Assembly: GCA_964016885.1 (NCBI GenBank)
Contig: OZ024754.1
Location: 33,356,001-33,420,000 of the forward strand
Source of the DNA: Eledone cirrhosa
Lineage: Eukaryota
DNA length: 64,000 bases
Reading direction: 5' to 3'
Part shown: positions 43,499 to 58,420 of the stretch, piece after piece
Position numbering within the stretch: position 1 is the first letter of the stretch
Layout: the number at the start of each line of letters is the position of its first letter
Made by a program: the position numbers and the translations under genes
The notes under the pieces: generated by a model
The model's database searches: none
What the model saw: the letters and a program-made list of their open reading frames with translations, nothing else
What the model was told of the DNA's origin: nothing

Positions 43499-44238
43499 AA
43501 TATAACTGTCACAATTTATCCCGGCCCCAACATTCTATAACACCTTCAACATTCCGCCCCGATAGACACAGCAGCGCCCTTAACTGACAGATACAACACC
43601 CCGTGACACATGTCACTCCATACAATTCACCCCCACACACTTTATAAGCCCATTCATCCCCAGATTCCACGTGCTAATATTAATACTAATAATACCGCAT
43701 ACTTTAACCCTCATTCATATCAGGACCACCACAGCATAAAAATTAATGATTATTGGAATGAATTCATCCCATTAGTATTGAATATATTATAAATTATATA
43801 TATTTTATATTTATATATATTTTTATATACTTAGGCATCTGTATATTCACGCACTTCTAATTCTTCATATAAGCTGCGGTTTTCGTGATGTCAACAACAT
43901 CCTCAATGACAAGCTTTCCCGTTTTTATTTTATTATTACAAAATCACTCATGCGAAAGCTAGCAGTATTATTAAAAATCCTAACAGATTGTCCACCCATT
44001 ATCAAATAATTCCTAAACGATTGTTAAACAGATTATCTAAATAGATAATTGTTAAAAGATTTCTTCTCTCTGACTCTTCAGTTGCCTTTCTCTCTACGTC
44101 CCTGACTGCTTCTTAACCTATGCTTATATAATTCTTGAAGAAGAAATCTTAAACAATTTGTGTCTCAGCAATTTCTATGAATTCTTTGCGTAAACACCAC
44201 GGTTATTATTTACATACAGTTTTGCATATTCTCTATGT

Positions 44239-44311
<73 letters not shown>

Positions 44312-44319
44312 AGGTTTAC

Positions 44320-44420
<101 letters not shown>

Positions 44421-44555
44421 TTTTGTCGGAGATTTCTTCATAGAAGCCTTTATTCTTATAGCTTGGTCTAATCGATTTTTTATATGGTTAATTATGCTAA
44501 TTGGGAGAGGAAACGGTATATACTTTATCTGGTGATTCTATAGACATGTTTTATG

Positions 44556-44587
<32 letters not shown>

Positions 44588-44643
44588 ATATGTGTATGTG
44601 TGTATATGTGTGTGTATGTATATATGTATATATATATATATCC

Positions 44644-44679
<36 letters not shown>

Positions 44680-44681
<2 letters not shown>

Positions 44682-44877
44682 GAAAATGTTTAACCCCGAC
44701 GGCAGAGCTCAAGCCGTTTCGACGGCTAATTCTGGAAATAGGCTAATTTCTGGAAATAGCCATCTTAACGGCTTGAGCTATGCCGTCGGCGTTAAACATT
44801 TTCCTATTACCCACTCTACTACCCTAAGTATTGAGTACTCTGGTGCGTTCATCTGGTTCCTTACCACACCTCCTTCG

Positions 44878-44879
<2 letters not shown>
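44680..44879 (+). mobile_element. Hairpin-plus-tail element family 1, copy 2
   Basis: Arms ~44680-44731 / 44755-44805 share CCCCGACGGC.GAGCTCAAGCCGTTTCGACGGCTAATTCTGGA with copy 1; the tail is the reverse complement of 438-515. Confidence 0.75.
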
Positions 44880-44928
<49 letters not shown>

Positions 44929-44934
44929 TAGAAA

Positions 44935-45080
44935 AGTTTATCCCGGGTTCAATCAATTGATAAGTAAGGTACTCAATACAAAGCAGAGTATAGAAAAGGC
45001 TTCTACAGGACTAGAACTGTTTCATTCGGGAGAAATCATCAGGAAGCCCAGTTCTAGTCCTGTAGAACCCTTTTCTATAT
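44935..45080 (-). mobile_element. Family 2 element with intact hammerhead at 44998-45048
   Basis: Minus strand GGCTTC-CTGATGA-T.TTC TCCC GAA.T-GAAA-CAG TTCTAGTC CTG-TA-GAAGCC; short inverted arm 45049-45078. Confidence 0.85.
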
Positions 45081-45100
45081 TATATATATATATATATATA

Positions 45101-45240
45101 AGTGAGTCCCGGGTTCAATCGGAGGAAACCACACTAAGTAAGGTACTCAATATATTAGTGGAGTATATACAAAATCAAATATAAAAATGGCTTCTACAGG
45201 ACTAGAACTGTTTCATTCGAAGAAAATTATGAGCAAAGCC
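45101..45240 (-). mobile_element. Family 2 element with decayed hammerhead core
   Basis: Tail plus GGCTTCTACAGGACTAGAACTGTTTCATTCG. Confidence 0.75.
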
Positions 45241-45255
45241 CTATAGGGCTTCTCC

Positions 45256-45357
<102 letters not shown>

Positions 45358-45459
45358 ATTTGACTAAAAGGTTATTATTCTTTGAAAAAATTGACTATAT
45401 AACAAGTTGTAACATGGTAAAAATTATTTTTCGAAAACGTTGCTTTAGACTTTTGAAAC

Positions 45460-46575
45460 CGGTAAATAAACTGATAAATATATTGATAAATATATTGATA
45501 AATATATTGATAAATATATTGATAGATATATTGATAAATATATTGATAAATATATTGATAAATATATTGATAAATAAATTGATAAATAAATTGATAAATA
45601 AATTGATAAATAAATTGATAAATAAACTGATAAATAAATTGATAAATATATTGATAAATATATTGAAAAATAAACTGATAAATATATTGATAAATAAACT
45701 GATAAATATATTGACAAATGAATTGATAAATATATTGATAAATAAATTGATAAATAAATTGATAAATAAATTGATAAATATATTGATAAATAAATTGATA
45801 AATAAAGTAATAAATAAATTGATAAATAAACTGATAAATATATTGATAAATAAACTGATAAATATATTGATAAATAAACTGATAAATATATTGATAAATA
45901 AACTGATAAATATATTGATAAATAAATTGATAAATATATTGATAAATAAACTGATAAATAAATTGATAAATAAATTGATGAATAAACTGATAAATAAATT
46001 AATTAATAAATTGATAAATATATTGATAAATAAATTGTAAATAAATTTATAAATAAATTGATGAATAAATTGATAAATAAATTGATAAATATATTGATAA
46101 ATATATTGATAAATAAATTGATAAATAAATTTATAAATAAATTGATGAATAAATTGATAAATAAATTGATAAATATATTGATAAATATATTGATAAATAT
46201 ATTGATAAATAAACTAGTAAGTATACTGGTAAATAAACTGGTAAATAAACTGGTAAATAAACTGTATACTGGTAAATAAACTGGGAAATAAACTGGTAAA
46301 TAAACTGGAAAATAAACTGAAAAATAAACTGGTAAATAAACTGGTAAATAAACTGGGAAATAAACAGGTAAATAAACTGGTAAATAAACTGGTAAATAAA
46401 CCGGTAAGTATACTGGTAAATATATTGATAAATATATTGGTAAATATATTGATAAATATATTGGTAAATAAAGTGGTAAATATATTGATAAATATATTGG
46501 TAAATATATTGGTAAATATATTGGTAAATATATTGGTAAATATATTGGTAAATAAACTGGTAAACATATTGATTA
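45460..46575. repeat. 12-bp minisatellite (TTGATAAATAAA / CTGGTAAATAAA variants)
   Basis: Direct inspection. Confidence 0.95.
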
Positions 46576-46766
46576 TATTCAATCCTAATTGATGTATTAA
46601 CATTTGTTTTGACTGATGAAAGAAACAGAGAATAATTTAATAAACTTCTGGCCATTTCCAACTATATTTCTCTCTCTCTCTCACTCTCTCTTTCTCTCCC
46701 CCTCTCTCTCTATCTCTCTCTTTCTCCCCCCCCCCTCTCTCTCAATATATATATATATATATATAT

Positions 46767-47146
46767 GCAAAAGTTCTATTTAAAATTGTTGGGATACAAC
46801 AAGTAAATATTTTTATAACTGATATAAAGCACTCGACAAATATTTGGAGTAGATATACGATATTAATAAATGGAAACTATATTTATAAAACCATATTTAT
46901 TTCATTATACATATTTCAGGGATACCAAATTAAACTATGGTATGCCTTCATCAGACAAAATACTATCCGGATGACTTCCAAAAACAATGGTTGCATTTTA
47001 ATAGGGTACGTCAAAGCTTATTTGTAAAACTGTTATATATTGTATTTTCTCTGATGAAGGCATACCATAGTTTAATTTGGTATCCCTGAAATATGTATAA
47101 TGAAATAAATATGGTTTTATAAATATAGTTTCCATTTATTAATATC

Positions 47147-47152
<6 letters not shown>
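46767..47152 (-). mobile_element. Family A hairpin-plus-tail element with a hammerhead on each arm
   Basis: Perfect 103-bp inverted arms 46853-46955 / 47050-47152; CTGATGA-AGGCATACCA..TGGTATCCCT-GAAA-TATGTA-TA; tail 46767-46852. Confidence 0.88.
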
Positions 47153-47220
<68 letters not shown>

Positions 47221-48364
47221 TTACAAGTGTGTATGTATTTATGTATATATGCAAGTTTGCATCAACAAATGTCGTCTATGTGACCTTATGTGTGTGTTTA
47301 GTCCGACATAGATTGTATACGGATGTAGGAGGAGTTAAGTTAGACCAAGTAGAAGATACGAGGAAGGAGAGACAGGTAGATAGATAGAGAGAGGGAAAGT
47401 GAGAGTAAGAGAAACAGAGATGTAGAGAGGGAGAGATAGAGAGAAAGAGGGGTATATATAGAGAGAGAAATAGTTAGAGAACGAGAGGTATAGAGGGGGA
47501 GAGATAGAGGGAAATAGAGGTAGAGAGAGAGAGAGAGAGAGAGAGAGTTAGAGAAAGAGAGGTATAAAGAGAGAGAGATGAGAGAAAGATAGGTACAGAG
47601 AGGGAGAAGTAGGTACAGAGGGAGAGATAGAGAGAAAGAGAGGTATAGAGAGCGAGAGATGGAGAGGCAGAGAGATTTAGAGAGATTGAGAGAAAGCGAG
47701 GTAGAGAGAAAGAGAGATAGGTTAAGAGAGGGAGAGATAAAGAGAAATAGAGGTATAGAGAGGGAGAGATAGAAAGAAAGATAGGTGTAGAGGGAGAAAT
47801 GGAGAGGGGGGTGAAAAAGAGAAGTATAGAGGGGGAGAGATAGAGGGAAAGAGAGATAGGTTAAGAGAGGGAGAGATAGAGGGAAAGAGAGGTATAGAGA
47901 GGGAGAGATAGAGAGAAAGGTAGGTGTACAGAGGGAGGAGTAGGTACAGAGGTAGAGATAGAGGGAAAGATAGGTGGAGAGAGGGAGAAGTAGGTACAGA
48001 GGGAGAGATAGAGGGAAGGAGAGATAGGTTAAGAAAGGGAGAGATAGAGGGAAGGAGAGATAGGTTAAGAGAGGGAGAGATAGAGGGAGGGAGAGATAGG
48101 TTAAGAGAGGGATAGATAGAGGGAAGGAGAGATAGGTTAAGAGAGGGAGAGATAGAGAGAAAGATAGGTTTAGAGAGGGAGGGGAAGGTTCAGAGAGGGG
48201 GACAGCAAGAGAAGTACAGACAGATGGATGAGCTTATGAACTACAATATGATATTTATTTAATCGGAATAACACGTACATATACACACAGACACACACAA
48301 GCACATACACACATTGTGTATATGTGTAATAGTAAGTGAGCGCGCTTGCATACAGAGTTATATG

Positions 48365-48423
<59 letters not shown>

Positions 48424-48424
48424 G

Positions 48425-48502
<78 letters not shown>

Positions 48503-48653
48503 TATTTATCTGTATGTATATATATATGTGCATACATAAATACTTACGAATGTACATGCATACATACATACGTACGTATGTATGTACAAACACATATATA
48601 TATATATATATAATTACATTTCAATACATATATAAATACATACATATATATTG

Positions 48654-48775
<122 letters not shown>

Positions 48776-48829
48776 TATGTATATATATAATTATATAACT
48801 TTCTTTTTATATATAATTATATATGTATG

Positions 48830-48877
<48 letters not shown>

Positions 48878-48963
48878 GTATATATATATTATATATATAT
48901 ATAAATATATATATATGTGTATGTATATATATATATATATATAACAAACGCACACACACACAT

Positions 48964-49006
<43 letters not shown>

Positions 49007-49190
49007 TATAGGCATATACATACAACTCCCTCACTTGGAGAATTAAGCGTAGGACAGCAGCTTGATTCTCCAAGCATGGAGAAAGCTTTCACTTTATACA
49101 TAATTTATGAATTGTTGTAATCAAGCAAATAAAATTCAATCCGTTGTTGTTTGAAAGAGTTTTTCGTCATTATAGTGTGGGTCTGTGTGT

Positions 49191-49221
<31 letters not shown>

Positions 49222-49655
49222 TTATATACAGATATACATATACACATTATATATATATACATACATTTATATATACATATATATATACGTATATATACTC
49301 ATATATATACATATATATACATACATACATAAATATATATATATATATATATATACATACTTATGTATACATAGATATATACATTTTTAAATGCATATAT
49401 ATACATATATATATATACATATATATATACATATATACATATATATATACATATATATACATACATATATATATATATATACAGATATATATATACATAT
49501 ATATATATACATATATACATACATATATATACATATATATATATATATACATACATATATATATATACATACATATATATATACATACATATATATATAT
49601 ATATATACATACATATATATATATATATATACATATATATACATATACATGCATA

Positions 49656-49695
<40 letters not shown>

Positions 49696-50335
49696 CATAC
49701 ATATATATATATATACATACATATATATATACATACATATATATATATACATATATATACATATATATACATACATATATATATACATATATATAGATAC
49801 ATATATATACATACATATATATATTTTTTTTTGTGTATTTTATTTTTTTATCATGTGCTTTCTGTTTGTTTTTTTTTATTCTATTTTTATTTTAGGGATT
49901 TTCGTTATTTCTTACCGTCATCTATATCGCCCCGAGTAACACACATTGAATACAATATGAAACTATAATTATTCTACAAATATCTCTATGTATGAGCATG
50001 CATCTATATATATATATATATATATATATACATACATGTCTATGTGTACGTGTATGTTGTATGTTTATGTATACATATATATATATATGTGTGTGTGTGT
50101 ATGTATACATATATATATATGTATATATATATATGTATATGTGTATATGTGTGTGTGTGTGTGTATAAATATATACATATACACATATATTAACATGTAT
50201 CTATGTGTATATCTATTTTTATATGCATACATATATAGAGAACGAGACATCGATGGATAGACATAAATATAGACATATATATATGTATATAGACATAGGT
50301 ACATATATAATATATATATATATAGACATAGGTAC

Positions 50336-50367
<32 letters not shown>

Positions 50368-50436
50368 CATAAATATATATATATATAGACATAGGTACAT
50401 ATATAATATATATATATATAAATATATATATATATT

Positions 50437-50531
<95 letters not shown>

Positions 50532-50574
50532 ATACTTATATATATATAAAGACATATATATATAGAGAGAGAGG

Positions 50575-50665
<91 letters not shown>

Positions 50666-51267
50666 GTATATATATCTATATGTGTAGTCTGTATATGTCT
50701 ATATGTCTATGTTGCAAAAAAAAATACACCAAAAATAATAAAATAATACTATAATACTGAAAATAATGCAAAAAAGATAAAAACCCTAGGATTTCCATCT
50801 CTCGCTCCATTACTCTTAGCTCGGAGAAAGATATCTTGCTAAGCAAGCAAATACGATTCATTGCTATCGATATTTGGTAATCCGGCTCTCTTGGACTTAT
50901 TCGGAATCGTTCGACTGCTTTACACTCGTTCTTGCATGAGCAACTCTGTTGTGGATACAATCCTCTTGTCGCTGTTTTGGTTTCAACTCGTTCTTGGCTC
51001 TTCTACGTGTGTTTGTATGGATGTATGTATGGATGTGTGTAAGTATGTATGGATGTATGTTTGGATGTATGTATGTATGGATGTGTGTATGTATGGATGT
51101 ATGGATGTATGGATGTTTGTATGGATGTATGTATGGATGGATGGATGTTTGTATGTATGTATGTATGTATGTATGTATGTATGTATGTATGTATGTATGT
51201 ATGTATGTATGGATGTATGTATGGATGTGTGTACGGATGGATAGATATATGTAAAGATGTATGTTCG

Positions 51268-51301
<34 letters not shown>

Positions 51302-51364
51302 CTTATACATATATATATGCATATAAATATATATCCATATACATATACATACATATATATATAC

Positions 51365-51402
<38 letters not shown>

Positions 51403-51633
51403 GCATATGCATATACATATATATATATATATGCATATACATATATATTCATATATATATATATGCATATAGATATATATATGCATATACATATATATAT
51501 ACATATACATATATATTTATATATGTATGTATATATGTATGTGCGTGCATATATATATATATGTGTATGTATATATGTATGTGTGTGCATATATATATGT
51601 GTGTGTGCGTGTGTGTGTCGTGCCTTTCTCCGA

Positions 51634-51713
<80 letters not shown>

Positions 51714-52094
51714 ACACACTTTATTTCAGTTTCCCCTCGTCTCTCACTCGTTCATTTTTATTCTACCTTTCGGTTTCTTCCTAAATTCTGTCATTTAAAT
51801 TTCCTTCTGGATTTCTTGAAAAGATACCGTGAGGAAGATATTGTACAAGCGAATATTGCTGATAATATTACTACGATTCCTCTCCTGATACGGGTAACTC
51901 TATTAGCCTCCCGGGGCTACATTAGGAAGACAATAAAGACGGTACAGGGCGTTACTCTGTGCGGTTTGTTATGTAGAGTAAAAAGTTTCCAAATAGTAAC
52001 TACAACAACAATAATAACATTAACAAACAAAATAATGAAAATAACAACTACAAAAACAACAATAGTTACGACGATGATGATGATGGTGATGATC

Positions 52095-53345
52095 TCTTCT
52101 TCTTCTTCTTCTTCTTCTTCTTCTTCTTCTTCTTCTTCTTCTTCTTCTTCCACTTATTCCAAAGAGACCGTGGGGGAAGAGTCCTCAAACACTCCTTCCA
52201 GCGGGTCCTATCAGAAGCAACCGTCTCCAATTGAACCCCCTGGATCCGCAAGCGAGACCAGCTAAGCTAGTGGATGTTATCCAAATATCTTGCTACCCGT
52301 GGGTCTCTTTTCGGTTGATTTTGCTCCTAAAATCTGTCTAGAAATTCTTTCTTGAGACATTCTAACCAGATGCCCATAGTATCGGAGCTGTGATCTCTTA
52401 ATTTGGAGAAGTAGCGGCTCTAACTGGGGCGACTCTCTGATCTCCGAGCTACACACTTTATCGAGTAATGTTACTCCATATCCCTTCGAAGGAACCCCAT
52501 TTCGGCCGCTTGTATTCGTGATCGTATAATTTCGGTCATTACCTACGCTTCATGACCATAAGTAAAGGTTGACACGAATACCGAATTGAAGATAGTGAGT
52601 TTGGGTTTTACACCAACCTCCCTTTTTCTGATTACTGAATGCTGAAGCTAGCGTATCACTGCACCAGGTCTTGCAATTCTTACACTTTATTCAGCCTCCT
52701 TCCTTCCATCACTCGTGAACACGGCTCCGAGATACTTGAACATCTCCACCTGGGTCCTCAACAGGACGAGTGTCTCCGTTTTCGCATCATTGATTTTCAT
52801 TCCAGCCATGCAGCACTCGGCATCAAATCTATCAAGTGGAAATCGGAGATCACCTTTTGTCAAGTTAAATAAATGTTACTACTTTTGGCACAATGCCAGC
52901 AATTATCCCAGTGCATGACTGGTACTTTATTTTATGACCCCGTAAGGATGAAAAGCAAAGTTTAACTCGGCGGCATTTGAACTCAGACCATAAAGGGCCG
53001 TAACTCTATGTTACAAAGCATGGCGTCCGACCCTCTACCGATACTGCCAATCCACCGTCAAGTTAAATAATTGTTTCTACTTTGGGCACAAGGCCAGCAA
53101 TTATCTCAGTGCATTACTGGTACTTTTTTTTATGACCCCGTAGGGATGAAAAGCAAAGTTAACCTCGGCGGAATTTGAACTCAGATCATAAAGGGGCGTA
53201 ACTCTATGCTACAAAACATGGCGTCCGCCCCTCTACCGATACTGCCAATCCACCGTCAAGTTAAATAATACCATGTCGTCTGCAAATTCCAGTAGGCTGA
53301 TTTTACACCTGCCAGAGGTGATGCAATGTCTGCTGTGGATGAACA
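52095..53345 (-). mobile_element. RTE-clade LINE, 5'-truncated and decayed, with (GAA)n tail
   Basis: Minus-strand peptides ISLLEFADDMVLF, AGMKINDAKTETLV, QVEMFKYLGAVFTSDG, FVSTFTYGHEA and [18 protein letters not shown]; stops and frameshifts present. Confidence 0.88.
52873..53256 (-). mobile_element. Two tandem S1 SINEs inserted in the LINE RT
   Basis: GTCAAGTTAAATAA at 52859, 53057 and 53255 (198-bp period) brackets both copies. Confidence 0.9.
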
Positions 53346-53429
53346 GGCCCACATGAGAAAGGCAGTCTTGTATACAGAGACTGTATTCGAAGTTGCTCTC
53401 TTCCGGTGCTATTGTGTTCTTCTATTTCC

Positions 53430-53874
53430 AAGCATAAAATGTTGAGACCGGGATAAATTGTGACAGTTTCTGGGGTGAGGAGAAATTTGCTTCCCCCCAC
53501 CCCCCACACACACACACACGCACTACAGCGAAGGACGCGTTCCGGACTTGTCCGACAGACAACCTTTTCCCCCACCCCGGAAAAAACCCCAGTTGATGGA
53601 TGTGAATCCGAAATATATAGGGACTATTAAATCTCTCCCAAGGTAACTCTCTCTTGTGTTGTTATTTTTATTTTATCCTTTATACTCTTCCCTTCATTCT
53701 ACACATCTCACACATCTTATACACACCACGCATCTCAACGTACACCCACTTACATCTCTCGCTCCACCACCGGACCTTGTTACCCGGAGATTTACCCATT
53801 TGCATTGTCGAGGCTTCCAAACGACTTAAAGATATTTACTTATTGTTCCACAATGCTTCAAGCAAACTTCAATA

Positions 53875-53880
<6 letters not shown>
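53430..53880 (+). mobile_element. Probable PLE-derived remnant with decayed hammerhead
   Basis: CCC-CAGTTGA-T-GGA tgtgaa TCC-GAAA-TATA-TA-GGG at ~53587-53623; 53438-53469 resembles the reverse complement of 43504-43533. Confidence 0.4.
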
Positions 53881-53913
<33 letters not shown>

Positions 53914-53989
53914 GCACACACTATATACATGTATACACACTACATATATATATACTTATATATACATATATATATATATATATATACAA

Positions 53990-54265
53990 TATATTAATAA
54001 ATGGAAACTATATTTATAAAACCATAATTATTTTATTATATATATTTCAAGGGCAACCAAGCCAATTTTGGTGCGCTTTCATCAGATAAAATACAAAATA
54101 TGTTTTATAAATGTTGACATACCCGTAGAAAAAGAACCTTGACGGTTGAAGGTTCACTGGATATTAATATATTGAATATTGACTCCGGTAACTTGTTGGG
54201 TGCTTTATATCAGTTATAAAACTTTTAAGCTTGTTGAATCCCAACAAATTAAATATGACTTCTGC
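53990..54265 (-). mobile_element. Family A element (hammerhead 54029-54093, minus) with inverted tail
   Basis: Minus strand TATTTTAT-CTGATGA-AAGCGCACCA..TGGTTGCCCTT-GAAA-TATATA-TA-ATAAAATA; tail 54163-54265 is reversed relative to the 46767 and 58789 copies. Confidence 0.85.
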
Positions 54266-54295
54266 ATATATATATATATATATATATATATACGT

Positions 54296-54415
54296 AGGTC
54301 CCGTGTTGAGTCGGGGATAACCACAGTAAGTAAGGTACTCAATACAATGCTTCCTGAAGATTTCATCTGAATGAAACAGTACTAGTCCTGTAGAAGCTCC
54401 TTCTATACAATAAAA

Positions 54416-54416
<1 letters not shown>
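54296..54416 (+). mobile_element. Family 2 element (hammerhead 54349-54397, plus) with inverted tail
   Basis: GCTTC-CTGAAGA-T.TTC ATCT GAA.T-GAAA-CAG TACTAGTC CTG-TA-GAAGC. Confidence 0.85.
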
Positions 54417-54463
<47 letters not shown>

Positions 54464-54741
54464 TAACAAGTTATCGTTATAGGTAATCCAGTTAGAGGTT
54501 GTGAGTACTTTGCGACGTGAATAGTTTTAACGTACGGCTTTGTTTAACTCAAAAAGATGTTTTCATCTGTATTCCATGTATTCTGATGAGTTGCTCAGAG
54601 GTAAATAACGTAATGGAGATCGAGTGACGCAACTTCGAGCGATAAGTGACCTCTAGACTCACCTGATCAATGAAACAATTGTCAATACCTGAAATAAAGC
54701 CTCTTGTTATACAGCCAACCATGTTACTCTTCATTCTTTCG

Positions 54742-54781
<40 letters not shown>

Positions 54782-54973
54782 TATATACATATATATATAT
54801 TCACTATATACATATATATATATATATATACACTATATACATATATATATATACACTATATACATATATATATACAATATATACACATATATATATATAC
54901 ATATATAGAGAGAGAGGGCGAGAGAGGAAGAGAGAAAGGGCGAGAGTGAGAGAGAGAGAGAAAGTGTGCGTGG

Positions 54974-55439
54974 GAGAATTAACTGCAATAGTGCCTCAAA
55001 CAGAAATCTTGTCTCTTTTACAATTAGCTAATTAAAAAATCAACATTGCCGAATGGGCATAAAATACAAATGACGATTTGTACCATACATAATGTTACTA
55101 TGTACAGGAAACTATTGCTGCCTCTACAGGAAATGGCTTATAAATGGCTGTTAAAATCAGTTGCCTGACAGCGTAAATATATTATTTGGAGTCTTTTGAA
55201 GAGTTATCTCTCTTCTAACAGCACTCTTTAGGATTTCTTTCAAACTTTCTACCATTCGTTATTAGCCGTTACTTTCAAATAATATTACCTGGAGAAAAAT
55301 TACGTGAGTTTTTTTAACTTTTAATTTAGCCATTCATAACAGAATAATGAAACCTTCACTTACTTGGTAATGTCCGTTAGATAGAATCTTAGGTTTAATG
55401 AAAATGTTGTACGTTCAGTCCTGTCCCAAAGCACTAATT
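54974..55439 (-). repeat. ~450-bp dispersed repeat, copy 2
   Basis: Reverse complement of 41472-41992. Confidence 0.9.
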
Positions 55440-55466
55440 ATTTAAGTATATTACTTTATTTCAAGT

Positions 55467-55735
55467 GGAAGCACGTGGACTAATGGTAAGGTTGTTGGAC
55501 TTACGATCATAATGTCATGAGTTCGATTCCTGGGTTGTGTGTTGTGTTCATTTCACGTTGCTCCAGTATACTTAGCTGAAAATGAGTACCAGCAATAGGT
55601 GGGGGTTTAACCCTACGATGGACTGGTGTCCTGTCCAGGGGGAAGTCCTGTACTTTCATACGTTTCACGCCATGAAACCGGGATAAGCACCGGGCAAATG
55701 AGCTTTCTGGCTTAAGACAGACTTTAGACTTAGTC
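55467..55735 (+). mobile_element. tRNA-derived SINE family S2
   Basis: GTGGACTAATGG A-box, GAGTTCGATTC B-box, AAAATGAGTACC, GATGGACTGGTGTCCTGTCCAGGGG, tail GAAACCGGGATAAGC..AGACTTTAGACTT. Confidence 0.75.
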
Positions 55736-55997
55736 TTTATTTCACTACCTTGTATTAATTCTCAGTTGATTGGTAATAATGTTCACAAAAGTATGTTTTA
55801 TCTCCCACTCTCTCTCTCTCTCTCTGTATATATATATATGCTATGCCATACCATATATGTGTGCGTATATATATATATATGTGTATATATATATATACAT
55901 ATATACATATATATATATACATATATACATTATCATCATCTTCATGTCGAGGACAACGTTGATAATCATACTTTTCCATTTATATATATATATAATG

Positions 55998-56181
55998 ATA
56001 ATTGCTTCTACTTTTGGCACAAGGCCAGCAATTACCCACTGTATTACTGGTACTTTATTTTATCGACCCCGTAAGGATGAAAGGCAAAGTTAACCTCGGC
56101 GGGATTTGAACTCAGAATGGGAAGGGACGTAACTGTATGCGTCAAAAGCATGGCGTCCAACCCTCTACCGATACTGCCAAT
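55998..56181 (-). mobile_element. S1 SINE (short form)
   Basis: Reverse-complement S1; probable target-site duplication TATAATGATAAT. Confidence 0.9.
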
Positions 56182-56324
56182 ATAATGATAATAATAATAA
56201 ATGGTTTCTTTATTGGCCACAAGGGCTAACATGAAGGAAAACATTACAGACGGCACAGAACGGTACAGGACGATCTCATAGCGCTTAGTAACCACAGAAA
56301 GCTCACTAGAATAACGCCATCTTG

Positions 56325-56892
56325 TAATGCCAGCATTGGAGTGTCTGGCCACTTTAATAACCATAACAAAACCGGTAGCCATAATAGCAATAATAGAAAC
56401 CAGGATAATAATCATAGTAAATGCAATAATATCAACAATATCAACATTATAGAGCCTAACTACGGCATTAATAGTGGAACTGGCGACCAGGACAGGAACC
56501 ACCGCAACGATAACAACAGCTATAGAAGGGGCCATAATAGGAACAGCAGAAATAACACCATGTCGCAAAGCTATATCTGTAATAATGCTAACGGAAACAA
56601 TGACGACAGTGGTGATAGTGGCAATGATAATAGTAATGGTAGCAGCGGACCTCGCGCCATTAGAAGTAACAACAAAAAGCATTGCAATTGCCGAAACCCC
56701 AACAATTGTCCGCTCCAGGGCCACTGCTTGATTAGAAACGTAATCTACAAATGCACCGTGACGAGTAATAATAGCACTAGGTCATACATAGGCGCCCACT
56801 TCTAATGAGTTCAAGACTAGATTTAGATGGCATCTCCACTCCTTTAGAAATAAGAAGCTCAGATTCTCTATCTCCCTCGTTAATTATATTAC
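56325..56892 (+). pseudogene. PLE GIY-YIG endonuclease fragment with an Asn-rich linker, frameshifted
   Basis: HCNCRNPNNCPLQGHCLIRNVIYKCTVTSNNSTRSYIGA, then a frameshift to SNEFKTRFRWHLHSFRNKK..SLVNYI. Confidence 0.8.
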
Positions 56893-57005
56893 ACTACTAA
56901 CCCAAACATTGAACACACCCCGCTTCAGCTATTGGCATTTAGTAATCTATATCGCATCTCTCTGTATCTCTCTGCTTCCTCCTCTCCTACGATACTTGTA
57001 CCCTA

Positions 57006-57190
57006 TGGATTGGCAGTATCGGTAGAGGGTCGGACGCCATGCTTTGACGCATAGAGTTACGGCCCTTGCCATTCTGAATTCAAATCCCGCCGAGGTTAAC
57101 TTTGCCTTTCATCCTTACGGGGTCGATAAAATAAAGTACCAGTAATGTACTAGGTAATTGCTGGCCTTGTGCCAAAAGTAGAAACAATTA
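57006..57190 (+). mobile_element. S1 SINE (short form)
   Basis: Matches S1. Confidence 0.9.
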
Positions 57191-57208
57191 TTAATATTAT
57201 TATATATA

Positions 57209-57313
<105 letters not shown>

Positions 57314-57429
57314 GTAACACAACAGTTAGTTCACCATTGTTCTCGGTATAGTGAACTAACTGTTGTGTTACTACTTCTAGCAAACTCGTCCCATGGACTG
57401 AGTGAAATACCACTACGGATATATGTATG

Positions 57430-57461
<32 letters not shown>

Positions 57462-57537
57462 CATATATATGTATGTATATATATATATGTGCATATATAT
57501 GTATGTATATATATATATATATATATACATATATATG

Positions 57538-57599
<62 letters not shown>

Positions 57600-57620
57600 C
57601 ATATATATACATATATATGC

Positions 57621-57651
<31 letters not shown>

Positions 57652-57677
57652 CATACATATATATGCATATATATATA

Positions 57678-57761
<84 letters not shown>

Positions 57762-58420
57762 TGGTGCTGACTTCTTATCTCTATAAAAGATGCATTTTAT
57801 ATAAAAGTACTCCTACATTTTGAATCTTACTGAAGAGAACATGTGTAATTGGTTTCCCAGTTTGTCGTTAAATGTTTAGGAAGGACTTCCATTTTATTTG
57901 AAAGATTTGACTTACATGTTGATAGTTCTAAGTATAGGAAATGCTGAATTTGGCTTCTTTGGTTTCTGTTTTCGGGCTTATTTTCTATTTTGTGTGAGTA
58001 ATACGTCGATTCTAAGCTAACTTTTGAAATGTGAGGCCTTGACTGCTAGGCAAGTAGCAGACATGTGAGTTCTTCTTTGTAAACCATTGATCTTAAAGAG
58101 ATATAAGATATTTTCCACTTTATTTTAAGGACAATCTTTCTCGTAAAAGAAGAAAAGATAAACCCGAAAAAGAAGAAAGATGATAAAAAAAAATGGGGTA
58201 GGTGGCTAAGTGTGTTGAGGGGGGGGGGGGGGTAAAGAAGTTATTAGGTAGTAGATAGGCGGAAATGGCGGAGAGGGTGACAGTGATACGCGGAGACGAA
58301 AGATTTTGTTCATGGAGAAATATATATATGTGTGTGTTTGTGTGTGTGTAAGACTGCACGTTATTGACCCGACAATAAATAGGTAGATACGATTATATAT
58401 ACATATATATATATATATAC

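Noticed and set aside
46853-47152. DNA-transposon MITE or pre-miRNA reading of the hairpins
   Set aside because: One-sided tails, variable apex positions, colinear non-hairpin relatives and hammerhead cores fit a retroelement origin better; small-RNA production is not excluded
49020-49190. Possible further hammerhead (TCCA agca TGGA-GAAA-GC-TT)
   Set aside because: No CTGANGA core or stem I; too degenerate to call
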